Assembly (NCBI GenBank): GCA_965648915.1
Contig: CBFGIV010000060.1
Span: 1 to 10,949 of the forward strand
Reading direction: 5' to 3'
Length of the DNA: 10,949 nt
DNA from: a candidate division WOR-3 bacterium
Lineage (GTDB): Bacteria > Hydrothermota > Tepidihabitantia > SM23-42 > CAYGYG01
This document shows, piece by piece, positions 6,270 through 10,949 of this stretch; position 1 is the stretch's first letter, and every line of letters begins with the position of its first letter. A model generated the notes under the pieces. The model ran no database searches. It saw only the letters and a program-made list of their open reading frames with translations, and was not told the DNA's origin. Both the position numbers and the translations under genes were made by a program.

Positions 6270-7250
6270 ATGGTTGAAGCCAGATATTACAAAACCCTCA
6301 ACGGCAAGGTTGAATGCCTGCTCTGTCCGCATCACTGTAAGATTGAGCCTGGTAAAACAGGTGTCTGCCGGGTAAGAATGAATAAAGACAGGAAACTCTG
6401 GGCAACTGCTTATGGACAGACAACCTCAATCGCGATCGATCCGATTGAGAAAAAACCCCTTTACCATTTCTTTCCCGGGAGTCAGATTTTATCAATCGCA
6501 CCAAATGGTTGTAATATGCGCTGCCCTTTCTGTCAGAACTGGGAGATCTCTCAGGAAGAGGTTTCTACCCGCTCGATCACTTTTGAAGAGATTCTCCACC
6601 TCTGCCAGAAGTACAGACTGATCGGCGTCTCCTATACCTATACCGAGCCGCTCATCTGGTTTGAATTTCTCATGGATGTTGGGCGCAAAGTCCACGAGGC
6701 GGGCCTGAAGAATGTCCTGGTGACCAATGGAATGATTGAAGAGGAACCTCTCAATGAACTTTTACCGGTGATTGATGCAATGAATATCGATTTAAAATCG
6801 ATCCGGGCCGAGACCTATCGCAAAATTCTGCACGGTGATTTGGAAGCAGTCCAGAGGACCATTGAACTATCCCGAAGCAGATGCCTGGTCGAGATTACCA
6901 ACCTGATCGTTACTGGCCTCAATGATGCTCAGGATGAAATTGTTGAGTTGATCGACTATGTCGCCTCCCTGGGGCGCAATACCGTCCTCCACTTCTCACG
7001 CTATTTCCCGAACTGGAAATTTGATGCGCCGATGACTCCGGATAAGGTCTTAAATTTTGCCTATAATGAGGCAGTTAAAAAACTTGACTTTGTATATCTG
7101 GGCAATATTGCTGCCGATTACGGCGCCAATACCTGTTGCCCGGAGTGTAAGAGTATATTGATTGAGCGTGTATTTTACCATACAAAGATAAAAGGCATCA
7201 AGAATGGTGTATGTCAGAATTGTAATACCAGACTTAATATCATAATGTGA
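6270..7250 (+). CDS. amrS: AmmeMemoRadiSam system radical SAM enzyme
   Basis: N-terminal CLLCPHHC...GVCRVR, DPIEKKPLYHFFPG, radical SAM motif GCNMRCPFCQNW, YTYTEP, NIDLK, LHFSRYFP, YLGN and C-terminal CPEC...CQNC. Confidence 0.92.
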   Translation: MVEARYYKTLNGKVECLLCPHHCKIEPGKTGVCRVRMNKDRKLWATAYGQTTSIAIDPIEKKPLYHFFPGSQILSIAPNGCNMRCPFCQNWEISQEEVSTRSITFEEILHLCQKYRLIGVSYTYTEPLIWFEFLMDVGRKVHEAGLKNVLVTNGMIEEEPLNELLPVIDAMNIDLKSIRAETYRKILHGDLEAVQRTIELSRSRCLVEITNLIVTGLNDAQDEIVELIDYVASLGRNTVLHFSRYFPNWKFDAPMTPDKVLNFAYNEAVKKLDFVYLGNIAADYGANTCCPECKSILIERVFYHTKIKGIKNGVCQNCNTRLNIIM

Positions 7251-7314
7251 ATAAATTGAGTAATTATCTGGCGAAAAATGACTCTATCCCATCACGATAC
7301 AGGAGGTGAAAATG

Positions 7315-7575
7315 ATGGGGCGACGAAGAACCGATGTGATTTTCCTTGCCCTGGTGATCGGTGGTATTCTTGGTGCCGCCATCTCTTTTCTCCTGGGCAG
7401 CGTATTTCCTCAGGGACCGGTCCACGACTTTTTCTTCAAGACGCTGAAAGTTGGTTTTTCCGATCTTAACATCGATCTTGGTTTCATCGGCCTCTCCCTG
7501 GGATTCTTTATTAAAATCAGTCTCATCACCGTGATTGTGATCTTTTTAACAATCTATCTATTATATAGATTGTAA
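7315..7575 (+). CDS. Small two-TM membrane protein, DUF4321-like
   Basis: Strong SD AGGAGGT (7301-7307) favours ATG 7315 (or 7312). Two hydrophobic segments flank IDLGFIGLSLGFFIKIS. Confidence 0.75.
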   Translation: MGRRRTDVIFLALVIGGILGAAISFLLGSVFPQGPVHDFFFKTLKVGFSDLNIDLGFIGLSLGFFIKISLITVIVIFLTIYLLYRL

Positions 7576-7606
7576 TGGTTTTTGATGAATAATAGCGGAG
7601 GTCTTT

Positions 7607-7795
7607 ATGGCAAAAAAGTGCGAAGTCTGTGGTAAGGTGGGGCAATGGGGATCACAGATCAGTCATGCGCACAATGTAAAGCGCAAGATCTTCGAGGCCA
7701 ACCTTCAAAGGGTGAAAGTAAAATATCAGGGTAAGGTTCAGAAGATGTTGATCTGTACCCAGTGCTTGAAGTCGAATAAAGTGGAAAAGGTATAA
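7607..7795 (+). CDS. rpmB: 50S ribosomal protein L28 (four-Cys form)
   Basis: MAKKCEVCGK...ISHAHN..KR.FEANLQ...ICTQCLKS; SD GGAGG upstream. Confidence 0.97.
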   Translation: MAKKCEVCGKVGQWGSQISHAHNVKRKIFEANLQRVKVKYQGKVQKMLICTQCLKSNKVEKV

Positions 7796-7865
7796 ACCCA
7801 TCAGATCGATCAAACTTACAAAATAATCCGCATCCGGGGCTGAACGGGATTATGCCGGTTTCATA

Positions 7866-8765
7866 ATGTTTTATAAAATTTTTGACTATTTCTTCCTTAT
7901 CCGTCCAGCGGTTCTCATCCCCTGCTGGACCTTCATCCTGTTAGGCCACCGTTACGCCGGTGGTTTCTATTTCCCGGTAAGACCATTTATCCTCTACTCG
8001 GCAATAATGGGCGGTGTTTACATCTTAAACCAGGTCTTTGATATTGAGAGTGACCGGAGAAATAAGAAATTGTTTTTACTCTCCGGCGGTTATATCAGCG
8101 TAACCAGCGCGATCATAGAGCTGTTTGGACTGTGGTCTCTCGGTCTGCTCCTTACTATTAATTTTTCTTGGTCATTCCGGTGGCTGGTTATAATCTCTTT
8201 ACTGATGGGGATCTTATACTCATTACCACCGATCAAACTCAAGGGCCGGCCCTTCCTCGACCTGCTCAGTAATAGTCTGGGCTATGGTCTGGTCAGTTTC
8301 CTGGTCGGCACTACCATTGAGGCGCCGGTGCAGTATGATACGGTTCTCTACTCAATCCCTTATATCCTTGCGGTCGGAGGAGTCTTTATCAATACCACAA
8401 TTGTTGATATCGAGGGAGACAGACTCGCAGGTGAAGTAACAACCACAATACTGATCGGTAAAAAAAGTGCATACCTTCTTGCCCTGATCCTGATTGCCTC
8501 TTCCCTCTGCAGTGCGATTCTGGTAAAGAATTATCCCTGTCTGATTACCGCAACGGTGAGTCTGCCATTTTTTATTATGGCTATTCTGAAAAGAGATAAG
8601 AGATGGACAACGATTTCGTTCCGGGTGCCACCTTTTATTCTCGCCCTCTGTGCTGGTTATTTTTATCCAGTATATCTGGTTCTTCTCCTGCTGCTGATTG
8701 GCGGAATGCGCTTATATTATAAGAAGAGATTCGGTTATAGTTATCCGGACATCGCCGAGGCATAA
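7866..8765 (+). CDS. UbiA-family membrane prenyltransferase
   Basis: LIRP, NQVFDIESDRRNK, LYSLPPIKLK, IVDIEGDRLAG..T and multiple TM helices. Confidence 0.9.
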   Translation: MFYKIFDYFFLIRPAVLIPCWTFILLGHRYAGGFYFPVRPFILYSAIMGGVYILNQVFDIESDRRNKKLFLLSGGYISVTSAIIELFGLWSLGLLLTINFSWSFRWLVIISLLMGILYSLPPIKLKGRPFLDLLSNSLGYGLVSFLVGTTIEAPVQYDTVLYSIPYILAVGGVFINTTIVDIEGDRLAGEVTTTILIGKKSAYLLALILIASSLCSAILVKNYPCLITATVSLPFFIMAILKRDKRWTTISFRVPPFILALCAGYFYPVYLVLLLLLIGGMRLYYKKRFGYSYPDIAEA

Positions 8766-9493
8766 TGGTGACTGAATTAAATGGGCCGATGGCAAATACC
8801 CTCTTCAATCTCATTAAAAAGGTGATCGATCGATACGAAATTCTTCCTCACAATACCCGGATCCTTATTGCCTTATCTGGCGGGATTGACAGCATTGTCC
8901 TTTCTCATCTCCTCCATCAGTATAATCTGAAGTTCAGGCCAAACTGGGAAATTTATGTCGTTCATATAAACCCGGGATTTGAAGGCTGGCGGGTATCACC
9001 GATTGAAAAATTCTTGAAGATGAAGGGCTATCGATACGAGATCATCGATGCCCCGATCAAACCGAGACTCGAGACCGTCGAGAGAAATCACTGTTTCTTC
9101 TGCTCGAGACTACGACGCAAAATTCTGGTTGAATATGCCGATGCCTTATCGATAAAGACAATCGCCCTCGCCCATAATAAAGATGATATCGTCGAGACAC
9201 TGCTTTTGAATCTTCTATTTACCCGGGGTTTCGGCACCATTATTCCCAAACAGTCAATTCTCCAGGGTAGATTCTTTTTTGTCCGTCCACTCTACTATAT
9301 CGATAAGGATCTGATTCAAAACTATGCTCGACTCAATAGACTGCCGGTCATAAAAAACCGCTGCCCTTATGCCTCATTAAATATGCGTGAAGAGATCCGG
9401 CGATTTTTAAAAAGGATAAAGAAAAGGGAACGAAGGGTTGTCGATAACATCTTCTACGGTATTACCAATATTAAAACCCAGTACCTACCCTGA
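8765..9493 (+). CDS. ttcA: TtcA-like tRNA 2-thiocytidine biosynthesis protein (PP-loop ATPase)
   Basis: ALSGGIDS PP-loop, CFFCSRLRR, IALAHNKDDIVET.LLN, VRPL, CPY. TAATG overlap with the UbiA gene; ATG 8789 is an alternative start. Confidence 0.8.
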   Translation: MVTELNGPMANTLFNLIKKVIDRYEILPHNTRILIALSGGIDSIVLSHLLHQYNLKFRPNWEIYVVHINPGFEGWRVSPIEKFLKMKGYRYEIIDAPIKPRLETVERNHCFFCSRLRRKILVEYADALSIKTIALAHNKDDIVETLLLNLLFTRGFGTIIPKQSILQGRFFFVRPLYYIDKDLIQNYARLNRLPVIKNRCPYASLNMREEIRRFLKRIKKRERRVVDNIFYGITNIKTQYLP

Positions 9494-9500
9494 GTTTAAT

Positions 9501-10790
9501 CTATGGATATATCTTCTCCAGCATCCTGGGGAAGGCAATCGTCTCGCGGATATGGGGTATGCCACAGAGCCAGGCAATAACCCGCTCCAGACCCAGACCA
9601 TAACCACCGTGGGGAAATGTTCCATATTTTCTTAAGTCTAAATACCATTGAAAGGCATCAAGCGGAAGTTTGTGCTCATTGATCCTTTTCAGCAGGGTAT
9701 CATAATCATCCTCCCGCATACTGCCGCCAACGATCTCGCCATACCCCTCAGGGGCAAGGATATCCATTCCGAGAACAAGGCGATCGTCAGTTGGCAGGCG
9801 TTTCATATAAAACGCCTTTATTGCAGCCGGGAAGTACTGGATGATGACGGGTTTTTCAAATTTACTGGAGAGGATCGTTTCGTGCCCGCCACCAAAGTCT
9901 TCACCCCACTCAAACTTTTCTCCAGCCTGGGTTAAAATCTTGACTGCTTCATCATAACTTATCTGAGGAAATGGCTTTTTAACTTTCTCTAATTTAGACG
10001 GGTCGCGCTCCAAGACCTTCAATTCTTCCTTGCGCTCTTCTAAACAGCGTTCAACGATATAAATTATATTATCTTCAGCCAATTTTTTTAAATCATCAAA
10101 ATCGATGTATGCCACTTCGGGTTCGACCATCCAGAATTCCATTAGATGGCGTCGGGTCTTTGACTTCTCGGCACGAAAGGTTGGACCAAAGGAGTATACT
10201 CTACCTAAGGCAGCAGCGGTTGCTTCGTTGTAGAGTTGGCCGCTCTGGGTAAGATAGGCGGTTTCACCAAAATAGTCTAAGGCAAAAAGGGTCGTCGTCC
10301 CTTCAACCGCATTGGGGGTCAGAATGGGTGTATCGACCTGGACAAACCCCTGCGCGCGGAAGAAATCGCGAATTGCCTGAACCACGGTAGAACGAATGCG
10401 CAGGATTGCATTCTGTTTTCTGGAACGCAACCAGAGATGGCGATGGGCCATTAGAAATTCGGTACCATGCTCCTTGGGCGATATTGGATAATCCCGGGCA
10501 AGCTGAATTATCTTAAAATCCCGGATATCAATCTCATAGCCACCCGGCGCCCGGTGCTCTTCCCTTACCACTCCCTTCAGAATGACAGACGATTCCTGGG
10601 TAACTGACTCAGCCGCCTCAAATATCTCAGGCAGGACATCCTTCTGGGAAATTATGGTCTGAATAATCCCGGTACCGTCGCGGACCAAGAGAAACCAGAT
10701 CTTACCACTTGAGCGCTTGTTGTAGAGCCAGCCTTTGATTATTACCTCTTTACCGACATACTTAGCAATATCTTCAATATAGACCTGCAT
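9501..10790 (-). CDS. asnS: Asparagine--tRNA ligase
   Basis: OB fold [91 protein letters not shown]. Confidence 0.96.
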   Translation of the reverse strand: MQVYIEDIAKYVGKEVIIKGWLYNKRSSGKIWFLLVRDGTGIIQTIISQKDVLPEIFEAAESVTQESSVILKGVVREEHRAPGGYEIDIRDFKIIQLARDYPISPKEHGTEFLMAHRHLWLRSRKQNAILRIRSTVVQAIRDFFRAQGFVQVDTPILTPNAVEGTTTLFALDYFGETAYLTQSGQLYNEATAAALGRVYSFGPTFRAEKSKTRRHLMEFWMVEPEVAYIDFDDLKKLAEDNIIYIVERCLEERKEELKVLERDPSKLEKVKKPFPQISYDEAVKILTQAGEKFEWGEDFGGGHETILSSKFEKPVIIQYFPAAIKAFYMKRLPTDDRLVLGMDILAPEGYGEIVGGSMREDDYDTLLKRINEHKLPLDAFQWYLDLRKYGTFPHGGYGLGLERVIAWLCGIPHIRETIAFPRMLEKIYP

Positions 10791-10796
10791 CAACTC

Positions 10797-10824
10797 ATTA
10801 TATCTAAATCTTATGCAATGTCAA
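10797..10824 (-). promoter_or_regulatory. Consensus-hexamer sigma70 promoter of asnS, probably leaderless
   Basis: Minus strand: TTGACA (10824-10819), 16 bp, TATAAT (10802-10797), 6 nt, ATG at 10790. Confidence 0.8.
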
Positions 10825-10949
10825 TACAGTTTGCCAGGAAGCAGCCCTGCCGAATACTTTTTCAAATTTTCCTATTTTTAGAGGTCGGGGTCATTAGAAT
10901 TGATTTTTTAAGCAATGTAATAAAAAAGGGTAGACAACGCCCTGCTACT

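Noticed and set aside
7823..7853. ATAATCC...GGATTAT inverted repeat after rpmB
   Set aside because: Weak stem, long loop and no U-tract; not supportable as a terminator or known RNA.
3250..9935. Other short ORFs in the track (3250-3681, 4613-4909, 5372-5629, 5862-6053, 6011-6208, 6298-6504, 6412-6621, 6492-6695, 7278-7469, 9438-9635, 9648-9935)
   Set aside because: All overlap well-supported genes in another frame or strand and show no recognisable motifs.
10921..10949. Possible minus-strand terminator at the right edge
   Set aside because: A T-run is present on the minus strand, but the stem is weak or cut by the window edge.
1..10949. CRISPR array, integron integrase, or prophage at tRNA-Phe
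   Set aside because: No regularly spaced repeats, no tyrosine recombinase ORF, and no duplicated tRNA 3' end seen.

Overview
Bacterial window with two parts. (1) Positions 1-~3200 are an AT-rich accessory patch. It holds the right end of an IS256-family element, then what reads as an integron-type gene cassette (401-2560). The cassette is bounded by a GTTATAC core site and a well-formed attC hairpin, and no integrase is visible in the window. It carries two overlapping genes: a beta-class amino (m6A/m4C) DNA methyltransferase and a 398-aa protein with HhH-GPD/Endonuclease III-like motifs and a C-terminal 4-Cys cluster. A truncated XRE-HTH remnant follows. The MTase plus glycosylase-fold pair is the best candidate for an undescribed system: a restriction-modification-like defence module whose effector would be a DNA glycosylase/lyase rather than a nuclease (inference). 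(2) Positions ~3200-10949 are housekeeping genes: L,D-transpeptidase, a PlsY/CTP-dependent lipid-kinase fusion, tRNA-Phe(GAA), ApbE, AmmeMemoRadiSam radical SAM enzyme, a small membrane protein, rpmB, a UbiA prenyltransferase, a TtcA-like protein and asnS. Window-wide patterns: seven sigma70-like promoters all have a 16-bp spacer, three genes look leaderless, and ATCGAT is strongly over-represented in the core region. All family calls are by motif recognition; no searches were run.
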